Source: a virus. Taken from it: a stretch of 64,000 nucleotides of DNA. Every line of letters starts with the position of its first letter. Position 1 is the first letter of the stretch. Below, piece by piece: positions 17,807 through 26,206 of the stretch. The translations under genes and the position numbers were made by a program. The notes under the pieces are model-generated. The model did no database searches and was not told the DNA's origin. It saw only the letters and a list, made by a program, of their open reading frames with translations. The stretch is taken from positions 64,001 to 128,000 of IMG/VR virus record IMGVR_UViG_3300042090_002485. The stretch is one strand, 5' to 3'.

Positions 17807-19081
17807 ATGAGCAAGACCGAAACGCCGAAGGCCGCCGACGATACGTTCGCCTCCAAGCTCGGCATCAAGATGTGCACGCCGAGCCAGTACGAGGAGCAGA
17901 TCCTCCTGCGCGCGGGCACGCCCGACGTCGCGTGCGCGATCGGCCCGTCCGGCATCGGCAAGACCGCCATCCCCAAGCAGGTGGCGGCAGGGCGGAACAA
18001 GGGCAAGGGTGTGCCGTACTGCGCGCTGTTCATGCCGACCGCGACGCAGGAGGGCTTCTTCATCCCGACCACCGCGCAGGACACCAAGGTCTTCTTCGAC
18101 CAGCGCATCCCGCGCACGTTCCAGAAGCTCCTCGAGCACGGCGAGGCGATGGACAAGAAGTACGGCGAGGGCAAGGTTCCCAAGGACCTGTGCCCGATCC
18201 TCGCCATCGAGGAGCTGAACCGCGCCTCGGACAAGTCGGTCACGCGTGCCGCGTTCGTGCTCATCGGTGATCGGATGATCGGCGACGTGCACCTGCCGTC
18301 CTGCGTGCAGATCGTCGCGACCATGAACCCGTCCGGTGCGGGCTTCGTCGTCAACGAGTTCGAGAAGGACCACGCGATGCGGCGCCGGCTCTGCTGCTTC
18401 GGCGTCCAGCACAGCTACGGCGACTTCATGAAGTACGCCCAGAGCGCGAAGTTCCATCCCAAGGTGATCGCGTTCCTCGGTGCGACGCCGTCGTTCGCGT
18501 ACGATGAGACTGCGCAGCTGGCAGGCAAGGCGTTCGCGTGCCCGGCGACCTGGGAGGTGGCGTCCAGGACGTGCTACCAGCTCGACGCCGCCAAGATCCC
18601 GTTGACCGCCCCGACCGCGGAGATCGCGCTCGCTGGTTCGATCGGTGAGGCCGCCGCGCTGGCGTTCGGCGAGTTCGCCAAGGACCACACGCTGCTGGTC
18701 ACGCCGCAGGACGTGCTCGACACCTACGCCGTCGGCAGCGAGGCGCAGCGACGGTTCAAGGCCTACCTCACCGAAGACGGTGGTCGGTTCGACAAGATCT
18801 CCGAGCTGGTCACGGGTGTCGTCGTCCGCATCTTCGCGGACACCAAGCGCCCGGCCGAGTCCATCGCCAAGCAGACGGCGCTGTTCATCAGCGACCTGCC
18901 CGCCGAGATCACGATGTCGATGATGAGCAAGCTGGCCGAGGAATCGGGGCGCGTGGGCAGCGACGCGAAGAGCTACTTGACCCGCATCAACCAGCTGTGG
19001 GCTGCGGACCCGATCTACACCGAGGCGCTGACCCGGCTCGACGCGGCCCGCCGCGCCGCGTCCAAGAAGGACGCTGGCTAG
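17807..19081 (+). CDS. MoxR-like AAA+ ATPase
   Basis: GPSGIGKT Walker A, IEELNR Walker B, ATMNP sensor 1, MRRR arginine finger, CPATWE. Confidence 0.85.
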   Translation: MSKTETPKAADDTFASKLGIKMCTPSQYEEQILLRAGTPDVACAIGPSGIGKTAIPKQVAAGRNKGKGVPYCALFMPTATQEGFFIPTTAQDTKVFFDQRIPRTFQKLLEHGEAMDKKYGEGKVPKDLCPILAIEELNRASDKSVTRAAFVLIGDRMIGDVHLPSCVQIVATMNPSGAGFVVNEFEKDHAMRRRLCCFGVQHSYGDFMKYAQSAKFHPKVIAFLGATPSFAYDETAQLAGKAFACPATWEVASRTCYQLDAAKIPLTAPTAEIALAGSIGEAAALAFGEFAKDHTLLVTPQDVLDTYAVGSEAQRRFKAYLTEDGGRFDKISELVTGVVVRIFADTKRPAESIAKQTALFISDLPAEITMSMMSKLAEESGRVGSDAKSYLTRINQLWAADPIYTEALTRLDAARRAASKKDAG

Positions 19082-19095
19082 GCGCGGTGCCGGCG

Positions 19096-19755
19096 TCACG
19101 CGACTCCGGCGAGGTCCTGCTGCGCCTTGCTGCGCCGTCCTTGGACGCGCAGCTCGACGGCCGCCAGGCGCGCGATCTGAACGTCCTCAGGCGTCTCGCC
19201 CAGCGAGAGTTGCGTGAGGTGCTCGGCGCTGACGCGACTCCACCGTGCGCGCACGGCCTCGAGCAAAGTGCGGTCGGGCGCGTTCTCACGGTCAAGCGCG
19301 ACCTGGGCAAAGTCGAGCGTCGCGGGCGCCAGAACGAAGCCCGCTCGGTGCAGGACGACACCCGCGTAGCCGCGCGGCTCGGAGCCGAACTCCCACGTCG
19401 CGTTGTGGGCGTCGCGGATGACCCAGGCGGCTTCGACGACAGCCCACGCCATCTGTGCGGGTGTCGCTTCCTCGAGGATGTCAGGGTTGCCGGGCACGTT
19501 ATCGAACGCCAGCGCTGTTTTCTCGAACACGACGCCATCCCAGTAGAACGCCGGCACGGTGAGCAACGCGTGCGCGGCCATGAGCTTGGCGCGGTTGCCT
19601 GCCGGGACGTCAACGCCGCGGTGCTGCAGTTCCAGCCACACCGATTCGGGCTCCCAGGTGACGACGTCGCCCAGGAGAACGCGCGCAGCACGCGCCAGAC
19701 CGACGGCGGTTGCGCCCTCATCGCGGAAGAGCGCAGCTGCGCGTTCGGTCGACAC
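19096..19755 (-). CDS. Hypothetical protein, probably virion- or packaging-associated
   Basis: 219-aa ORF co-oriented with the terminase; 3 nt from the upstream gene stop. Confidence 0.65.
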   Translation of the reverse strand: MSTERAAALFRDEGATAVGLARAARVLLGDVVTWEPESVWLELQHRGVDVPAGNRAKLMAAHALLTVPAFYWDGVVFEKTALAFDNVPGNPDILEEATPAQMAWAVVEAAWVIRDAHNATWEFGSEPRGYAGVVLHRAGFVLAPATLDFAQVALDRENAPDRTLLEAVRARWSRVSAEHLTQLSLGETPEDVQIARLAAVELRVQGRRSKAQQDLAGVA

Positions 19756-19758
19756 GGC

Positions 19759-20748
19759 TCAGCGCATCTGCGCGGAGAGCACGCGCTGCATGTCGGCGGG
19801 AAGCGTGTCGAGCACGGCGGCGAGTCGGACTGGGTCCATCTGACCGGCGCCGTCGGAAGCCTCGCGGACGATGTCGTCGCCGAGCACGTCGGCGTAGAAG
19901 CTCGACGGGTAGGCCGCGAGCTGGTGCATCGGCATGAACCGGCCCGCGAGCGTCGCGCCCGGGCCTGCCACCTTGGTCGTGTTGAACACGGTCATGAGCG
20001 GGTCGGGGAGACGCTTGCCCCAGTGCTGGGAAAGCCCAGAGGCTTGGTCCAGCTCGTCGAGCGCGTCAGCGAGCTTGACCTGGGTCTCGCGGTCACGGAC
20101 TTCAGCAGGGAGCCGGCGCGCGGCCGCGGCGAGCTTGGTGTAGCCGTCTTTGTGCTCGACCGGCGCCGCCTCGGCGCGCGCGCCGAGCCAGTCGACGAGC
20201 TGCTGGCGATCGGTGGCGGTCAGGCCCGCGAGCTTGAGCGTCTCGGCACGCAGCTGCACGCCGTGGAACGCCGCCTTCTTGACGAGGTTGCCGGCGGCGA
20301 ACGCGCGGTGCGCAGCGGTGAGCTTGCCGCCCTCGTTGCGGAGCTTCTCCTCGGCGGTCTTGACGCTCTCGGCGTCGGTGACGCGGAGCCGGCGGATGTC
20401 GGGGAGGAGGTACTCGTCATTCGTCGGAAGAGTGGTCGCCGCGACCTTTGGCCGCGTGAACAGCGACTCGTCGACGCCATAGACGTCACAGGCCTGCTTG
20501 AGCGTATCGTCGACGTGGGCCGGCACGCCGGGCACGCCCTCACGGTAGGCCCGCGACATCATCGTGTGCTCACGGCAGTGAATCGGGAAGGCGCGCTTCT
20601 CGGGCCACGCGAAGGCCGTATCGGGCAGGCTGTCGACCTCGCCCGTGTCCACGTCGAAATCTGCAAGCGCAGCGGCGAGCTTGGGCCGGTCGGCCACGCG
20701 CCGCACCAGGTGTGCCATGACGGGGTCCGAGAATTGATCCACGACCAT
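19759..20748 (-). CDS. Hypothetical protein, probably virion-associated (329 aa)
   Basis: Likely start ATG 20748 (MVVDQFSD); earlier starts overlap the divergent gene. Confidence 0.7.
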   Translation of the reverse strand: MVVDQFSDPVMAHLVRRVADRPKLAAALADFDVDTGEVDSLPDTAFAWPEKRAFPIHCREHTMMSRAYREGVPGVPAHVDDTLKQACDVYGVDESLFTRPKVAATTLPTNDEYLLPDIRRLRVTDAESVKTAEEKLRNEGGKLTAAHRAFAAGNLVKKAAFHGVQLRAETLKLAGLTATDRQQLVDWLGARAEAAPVEHKDGYTKLAAAARRLPAEVRDRETQVKLADALDELDQASGLSQHWGKRLPDPLMTVFNTTKVAGPGATLAGRFMPMHQLAAYPSSFYADVLGDDIVREASDGAGQMDPVRLAAVLDTLPADMQRVLSAQMR

Positions 20749-20754
20749 GTTGAA

Positions 20755-20762
20755 ATGATAGG
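20755..20762 (-). promoter_or_regulatory. -10-like element CCTATCAT, possibly giving a leaderless mRNA
   Basis: TATCAT ends 6 nt before ATG 20748; no Shine-Dalgarno sequence; matches CCTANAAT at three other - strand starts. Confidence 0.4.
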
Positions 20763-20771
20763 GGATCCGCG

Positions 20772-22280
20772 ATGCTAACCAAACTGTCTGAGTTCTTCGT
20801 CTACATGCTGGTCCGCAAGGGGTTCTACGGCCGGCTCGCATCCAGCATGACCCGCGTTGCGACCAACCGCATCCCGACCCTGGCCGTCGGCATGCGCGAT
20901 GGACGCATCACGCTGTTCTACAATCCGACGTTCCTCGACGGCCTGTCGTACAAGGCCGCAGCGTTCATCCTCGAGCACGAGATGATGCACGTCATCCTCG
21001 ACCACATCCCGAGGTTCCTCGAGCTGCTTGCGGTGTGTCCAACGGACCAGGACCGTGTCAAGGCGGCCGCGGTCTACAACATCGCAATGGACGCGCCGAT
21101 CAACGACCTGTTGCGCGGCCACGAGGGCTTCCAGGAGGCTGACGACTACACCAAGCAGTACGTCCTCACCGAAGTCAGGAAGCGAACTGGCGACGAGACG
21201 AGCCAGCCGCACGAGAAGGACGGCATGGTGCTGCCCGAGCGCTTTGAGCTGCCGGTGAGTGGTTCGTTCGAGGACTACCTCTGGGTGCTGATGCAGCGCG
21301 TACACATCGTCGAAATCGCAATCCAGCTGGTCGGTGGCTCGAACCATCAGATGTGGATCCAGGGCGGCGCAGGCGAGGGTGACCAGCCGGGCAACAAACA
21401 GGGCGAGAGCGACGGCGAGCAGGACGGCGACGGCCAGCAACCTGGCGGCAAGGGCAAGGGCAAGGACGGCAAGAAGGGGCCCGTGGACTACATCTTCGGC
21501 GACGCTGCCGAAGGCGTGTCCGCCGGTGACCTGTTGTCCCAGGCGCACAACGCGCGCCAGCACCTCAAGAACACGCTGCGCTCCGTCGTGCGCTCGAACG
21601 GAGGGCTGGGCCGTGGGCTCCTGCCTGGCAACCTCGAGGAGTGGCTCGAGGCCTACCTCGCTGACCCGGTGATGCCGTGGTGGGAGATCTTCTCAACGCG
21701 GGCGAAGATGTCGCGGGCATCGAAGCAGCGGCGTTCGGTCGCGTTGCCCAACCGCATGCTGCTCGGCCTGGCCGAGGAGGACGACCGCGTCATCCCGACG
21801 CCCGGCAAGACCCGCGACAAGTCGTGGCGTGTGTTCGCCATGGTCGACACGTCGGGGTCAATGGACACCGAGTCGCTACGCATCTTCCAGAGCGAGCTGC
21901 ACGCCATGCTCTCCGTCGACGAGAACATGGAGGTCCGCTACATGCAGGGCGATGCCGCGGTGCACTTCGACCTGGTGCTCAAGACGGGAGACCCCATCCC
22001 GGGCAACATGATCGGGCGCGGCGGCACCGACTTCACGGCGTACTTCGAGTACATGAAGCAGTACTGCGATGACCCGGAAACGACGCCAGACATCGTCGTC
22101 GTCTACACCGACGGCTTCGCGCCGCCGATCGCGCCCGAGAGCCGGCTGTCCATCGAGATCCCGGTGATCTGGTTGGTCACGCCGCAGCACGCTACGCAGA
22201 TGGCAGACGGCTACGGCGAGATCATCGTGTGCGACCCGGAGCACAACGAGCGGTATCGGGACGAGGATGAAGCGGCGTGA
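20772..22280 (+). CDS. Metallopeptidase-VWA protein (DUF2201-like), MoxR partner
   Basis: HEMMH (HExxH), a G/D/Q-rich linker, and MIDAS motif VDTSGSM...GGTDF...YTDG. Confidence 0.85.
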   Translation: MLTKLSEFFVYMLVRKGFYGRLASSMTRVATNRIPTLAVGMRDGRITLFYNPTFLDGLSYKAAAFILEHEMMHVILDHIPRFLELLAVCPTDQDRVKAAAVYNIAMDAPINDLLRGHEGFQEADDYTKQYVLTEVRKRTGDETSQPHEKDGMVLPERFELPVSGSFEDYLWVLMQRVHIVEIAIQLVGGSNHQMWIQGGAGEGDQPGNKQGESDGEQDGDGQQPGGKGKGKDGKKGPVDYIFGDAAEGVSAGDLLSQAHNARQHLKNTLRSVVRSNGGLGRGLLPGNLEEWLEAYLADPVMPWWEIFSTRAKMSRASKQRRSVALPNRMLLGLAEEDDRVIPTPGKTRDKSWRVFAMVDTSGSMDTESLRIFQSELHAMLSVDENMEVRYMQGDAAVHFDLVLKTGDPIPGNMIGRGGTDFTAYFEYMKQYCDDPETTPDIVVVYTDGFAPPIAPESRLSIEIPVIWLVTPQHATQMADGYGEIIVCDPEHNERYRDEDEAA

Positions 22281-22483
22281 GCCGTACTGCGTACGAGGGC
22301 CGCTGGGAAGATCAGTACGGAGTGGTTCACGCGGGTTGTTTCCTTCGAGAGGTAACACCAAATAAACGTCCAGTCGTCGGAACAGCATGCACGTCTTTAT
22401 CGGCCGGACGTGTACTTCAATTACATGAGCGTCCGAAACGGGCGCTAGTCACATGTGTGCTATGCGTCGCGAGCGGTTCGTAG
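22277..22483 (+). CDS. Small D-x2-GVVH...VTC-x2-C protein, paralog A
   Basis: EDQYGVVH...TAC...VTCVLC; GTGA overlap with the VWA gene. Confidence 0.7.
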   Translation: MSRTAYEGRWEDQYGVVHAGCFLREVTPNKRPVVGTACTSLSAGRVLQLHERPKRALVTCVLCVASGS

Positions 22484-22659
22484 ACCAGGACGGCGTCGTT
22501 CACGGTTCCCTACGGTACCCTGCAAACGTCGGGTGCCTGACCATTGCGTGTGAGACGCAGCTCTATCGATATGGGCATTTTGAACGTCTAAAGGTCGACC
22601 AATGCGAAAACGAGCGCGTCGTAACATGCGTCCGATGCCTCGCCCTACTATCGTCCTGA
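22462..22659 (+). CDS. Small D-x2-GVVH...VTC-x2-C protein, paralog B (alternative start 22453)
   Basis: VDQDGVVH...IAC...VTCVRC. Confidence 0.7.
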   Translation: MRRERFVDQDGVVHGSLRYPANVGCLTIACETQLYRYGHFERLKVDQCENERVVTCVRCLALLSS

Positions 22660-22847
22660 CTAGACACCTAGATGTTCATGGCGTCGTGCACTACAAGCAT
22701 GGCGGCTTGTTAACCATCACACTGTGCGGTCATGATCTTGACGGTATTTTTCGATTCAACGAAATCCTAACTTCCGCACCGGTCACATGCGTCCGGTGCA
22801 TCCATGAATTTCACGAATTCAACGAACCTCAGAAAGAGCAACCATGA
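22626..22847 (+). CDS. Small D-x2-GVVH...VTC-x2-C protein, paralog C (alternative start 22635)
   Basis: LDVHGVVH...TLC...VTCVRC; ATGA overlap with DUF932. Confidence 0.7.
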   Translation: MRPMPRPTIVLTRHLDVHGVVHYKHGGLLTITLCGHDLDGIFRFNEILTSAPVTCVRCIHEFHEFNEPQKEQP

Positions 22848-23992
22848 TCCACCACGACCACCGCGACTACGACCAGGCCGTCGATGCGACGGCAAAGCGC
22901 TTCCGGGCCCAGCTCGAGGAGACCATCCACAAGAGCCAGGGCTCTGCGATGTCCGTCATCGAGAAGGTGCAGAACGAGACGCCGCGCGACGCGCTCGCTG
23001 ACTCGAAGGCACTCGAGTTCGCAGTCGACGGGACCGAAGGCTCCAACGCCATCATGATCGGCCTGCAGAACCGCCGCGCGGAGCACTACTTCTGCGACAA
23101 GCTCCACAAGAACGGGCTCGACCAGGTCGCCGAGCGCGCGGGCATCCCCGGGACCTACGTCAACCGGTTGCTCGACCGGCCCTACGGTCGTGAACTGATC
23201 GTCGAGAACCTATCGCGCATCTACCGCGAAGAGGACAACAAGAAGCTGCTCGTCCGGTCGGTGAACGGCGAGGTTCGCGGCGTTCTGTCCAACGCGTTCA
23301 AGCGCATGGACTCAGGTCCCATCATCGAGGCGTTCGCGCAGGCGTGCGCAGACATCGGCGCGCAGCCCGTGGAGGGCATCGGCGGCGATCTGCGCTGGGC
23401 GATCAAGGCGATCTTGCCGATGGTGTTCCAGCCGTCGAAGAAGCCGGGGTCCGAGGAGCTGATCGCGTTCGGCGTTCAGCTGTCGAACAGCGACTTCGGC
23501 AAGGGCACGCTGAGCCTCAACGCCTTCATGACGCGCGTGGTCTGCACGAACTACGCGACGTTGCAGCAGGTGTTGCGCGAGGCGCACCTGGGCAAGCGGC
23601 TCACCGACGACATGGTGTTCTCGCAGCAGACCTACGAGCTGGACACCAAGACGCAGGTGTCGGCCATCAACGACCTGGTGCGCGGCACGCTTGCACCCGG
23701 CAAGGTCAACGAGCTGGTCGGCTGCATCGGCCAGGCGCTCGAGGAACGCATCGACACCAAGTCGGTGTGGGCGGAGCTGCCCAAGCGCGGCCTGCTCAAG
23801 GGCGAGATCGACCAGGTCAAGGAGCTGTTCGTCGACGGCGACGTCGAGATCTTGCCGCAGGGCACGACCAAGGCGCGGCTCGCCAACGCCATCAGCTGGT
23901 TCGCCAAGAGCGCGACGCCGGAACGGCGGCTCGAGCTGGAAGAGGTCGCCGGCGAGATAATGGTGCCGCAGGAGAAGAAGAAAGCGGCGTGA
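22844..23992 (+). CDS. DUF932-family phage/plasmid protein
   Basis: GEVRGVLSNAFKRMD and GVQLSNSDFGKGTLSL..F..RVVCTN motifs typical of DUF932. Confidence 0.7.
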   Translation: MIHHDHRDYDQAVDATAKRFRAQLEETIHKSQGSAMSVIEKVQNETPRDALADSKALEFAVDGTEGSNAIMIGLQNRRAEHYFCDKLHKNGLDQVAERAGIPGTYVNRLLDRPYGRELIVENLSRIYREEDNKKLLVRSVNGEVRGVLSNAFKRMDSGPIIEAFAQACADIGAQPVEGIGGDLRWAIKAILPMVFQPSKKPGSEELIAFGVQLSNSDFGKGTLSLNAFMTRVVCTNYATLQQVLREAHLGKRLTDDMVFSQQTYELDTKTQVSAINDLVRGTLAPGKVNELVGCIGQALEERIDTKSVWAELPKRGLLKGEIDQVKELFVDGDVEILPQGTTKARLANAISWFAKSATPERRLELEEVAGEIMVPQEKKKAA

Positions 23993-24126
23993 CGCTCGTC
24001 CTCGCGTGCTTCTTGTGGGCGTGGGCCTGGGGCGGCGTCGCCAACTGGGATGGCGGCGACGGCGACGATGACGACGACATGCCGGTCGACGACATGCCTG
24101 ACGTCCCGCCGCAGCTGCGGCCGTAG
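23989..24126 (+). CDS. Small protein, hydrophobic N-terminus and acidic tail (45 aa)
   Basis: GTGA overlap; MTLVLACFLWAWAWGG...DDDDDMPVDD. Confidence 0.4.
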   Translation: MTLVLACFLWAWAWGGVANWDGGDGDDDDDMPVDDMPDVPPQLRP

Positions 24127-24135
24127 TTATCCGCC

Positions 24136-24210
24136 GGGGCCCCCCCCTTTTTTTTTTTTTGGCCCCAACGAATCGCGCCACAATTTGGCGCGATCGCGCC
24201 AATCGCGCCA
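24136..24210. repeat. GGGGCC-[C/T homopolymer]-GGCCCC inverted repeat plus four ATCGCGCCA copies at a convergent gene junction
   Basis: C8 at 24140-47 and T13 at 24148-60; ATCGCGCCA at 24172-80 (+), 24186-94 (-), 24193-201 (+) and 24202-10 (+). Confidence 0.8.
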
Positions 24211-25191
24211 CTAACCCGGGACGTACGGAACCGACGTCGGGTCGAAGTCTGGGCACACCGCAAGCACCGCGGCAAGCGCGGCGGCGGTCAGCGCGGTCGC
24301 TGCGGTCAAGGCCTGCGCCTGCGTGATCTGGTTGTTCTGCGCCGCCGCGAGCGCGGTCGCCGAGTTCGTGACGTCGGTCAGGCGCGCGGTCTGGTAGGCC
24401 GATGCCGCGGTCGTCGCCGCAGTCGCGTCGGTCTGGTAGCCCGGCATCGATGCCTGCTGGGTCTGCGCCAGCGTGACCGCGGCGAGCATCGCGGCCGCGC
24501 CAGCGCCGCCCGTGTTCGCGGTGTAGAACGTGTTCGCGGCCGTGAGCAGCGCGCTGAACTGCGTCACGACCGTCGTCATCTCGGTCTGGACCAACGTCGC
24601 CTTGGTGACGACGCTCGCGATGCCAGTCAGCAGGCTCGACTTGTACGTGTAATCTGCCTGCGCAGCAGTCAGCGCAGCGTTGGCGGCGGTCGAGGTTTGC
24701 TGCTGGGTGTAACCTGCCTGCTTGGCGGCGGCGTACGCGTTGATCAGCGCCTGCGCCTGCGTCGGGTCGACGCGCGGCAGCGTGTACATCGCGGGCGTCG
24801 GCGTCGGCGCGCTGAACTCGCTCTCGAACAGGATCCAGTCGCTGATCAGCGTGTTGACGCGGTCGACGAACGTGGTCGCCGCCGTGTTGGCTGTCTGCAG
24901 GTCGGAGTAGCTGACCGTAGCAGCCTGCGACAGGTACTCGATGCCGTTGGGGCCTGGCGCCGCGATGCCTGCGTCGCGGCCGATCGGCAGGAGCGAGAGA
25001 TCGGCGATGCCCGCGACGCGTGCCAGCAGGTCCTGAGTCGGGTCGTTCGGGTCGGAGACCGCGATGACGAAGATGTTGAGATGCGGCAGCTCGGTCGGAA
25101 TTGCCGCCGAGGCCATGAAGTTCTGGATGACGAACGACTCAGCGGCACCAACCACCAACTCGGGGCTTCGCACTTGTTCAAAGATGGCCAC
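24211..25191 (-). CDS. Putative virion structural protein with Ala/Thr/Gln-rich helical C-terminus
   Basis: 326-aa ORF co-oriented with virion genes; composition is typical of structural proteins. Confidence 0.6.
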   Translation of the reverse strand: MAIFEQVRSPELVVGAAESFVIQNFMASAAIPTELPHLNIFVIAVSDPNDPTQDLLARVAGIADLSLLPIGRDAGIAAPGPNGIEYLSQAATVSYSDLQTANTAATTFVDRVNTLISDWILFESEFSAPTPTPAMYTLPRVDPTQAQALINAYAAAKQAGYTQQQTSTAANAALTAAQADYTYKSSLLTGIASVVTKATLVQTEMTTVVTQFSALLTAANTFYTANTGGAGAAAMLAAVTLAQTQQASMPGYQTDATAATTAASAYQTARLTDVTNSATALAAAQNNQITQAQALTAATALTAAALAAVLAVCPDFDPTSVPYVPG

Positions 25192-25192
25192 G

Positions 25193-25561
25193 TCAGCAGC
25201 TCGTCACGGTGGTGGTGGTCGTGCCAACCAGCGGGCCCTGTAGCGCGTTGATCTCGTTGGCCAGCGACTGGGCGCGGCATAACGAATACGACAGGTCGTA
25301 GTTCATCCTCTTGACGGTGTCCCATACCCGCGTAACCGCAGGCAAGCGATAGAAGGAGGCGCCGATCTGCGCAGCGACGTTTGGATCTGTGGGCCACTGC
25401 GTCATGTCGGCCGCGGTAGCGTAGTGGCTGAAGCACTGCGTCGAAGTTTTGAAAACGTAGATGTTGGGGTCGGCTCCGACCGCCGTGACCACCACGTTCG
25501 CGACCTGGTACTTGTCCACCTGAACGATCGACGTGGTTTGCTGGAGCGTGAAGCTGACCAC
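25193..25561 (-). CDS. Putative virion structural protein (122 aa)
   Basis: AGGAG RBS before GTG; 1 nt from the next gene. Confidence 0.65.
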   Translation of the reverse strand: MVSFTLQQTTSIVQVDKYQVANVVVTAVGADPNIYVFKTSTQCFSHYATAADMTQWPTDPNVAAQIGASFYRLPAVTRVWDTVKRMNYDLSYSLCRAQSLANEINALQGPLVGTTTTTVTSC

Positions 25562-25602
25562 GGGATCTCCTAGATCGTCGCGCGAGAACTTGCGAAAGCC
25601 CG

Positions 25603-25618
25603 CCCTAAAATTATAGGG
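25603..25618. promoter_or_regulatory. Overlapping divergent -10-like elements (CCCTAAAATTATAGGG)
   Basis: TAAAAT on + (25606-11) toward ruvC and TATAAT on - (25615-10) toward the virion genes; AT-rich island with CCCTA/TAGGG inverted ends. Confidence 0.55.
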
Positions 25619-25638
25619 TGGCGGCTCCGCGTTCTGCC

Positions 25639-26184
25639 ATGAGGTTCTTAGGGATCGATCAGTCGCTGCGCGCGACCGGGTTGTGTCGGCTGAACGGCGA
25701 TGGTGCCGTGACGGCCTCCGCGACCGTCACTACTGGCGACCTACGGGATGGCGAGCGCCTTTCCTTCATCCGTCGCGCCGTCATGGGACTGCTCGATGGC
25801 GTCACCTTCGCCACGATCGAAGGTTACTCCTACGACTCGGTGGGTCGCGTGTTCGAGCTGGGCGAGGTTGGCGGCGTCATCAAGCTCACGCTGGTCGAAC
25901 GCGAGGTTCCGTACATCGTCGTACCGCCTGTCCTGGTCAAGAAGTACGCGACTGGTAACCCCATGGCGACCAAGGAGCAGGTCATCGCGGCGGCGCGTGC
26001 AGGCAGCTTTGAGCCAGGGGATGACAACCAGGCCGACGCCTTTTTCCTGGCGCACATCGCGCGGGCGTGTTCGATAGACGTTGCTCGCTACCGCCGCGAG
26101 TTGGAGGTGCTGCGCACGCTCAGGGAGCCGCGCCGCAAGAAAACAGTCCGTCGTGTGCGCCGTTTGATCAAAGCGGCCGTCTGA
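25639..26184 (+). CDS. ruvC: RuvC-like Holliday junction resolvase
   Basis: LGIDQSL..TG, TIEGY, ELGEVGG, NQADA catalytic pattern. Confidence 0.85.
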   Translation: MRFLGIDQSLRATGLCRLNGDGAVTASATVTTGDLRDGERLSFIRRAVMGLLDGVTFATIEGYSYDSVGRVFELGEVGGVIKLTLVEREVPYIVVPPVLVKKYATGNPMATKEQVIAAARAGSFEPGDDNQADAFFLAHIARACSIDVARYRRELEVLRTLREPRRKKTVRRVRRLIKAAV

Positions 26185-26206
26185 CAACCGAAGAGGAGCC
26201 AAGTCG

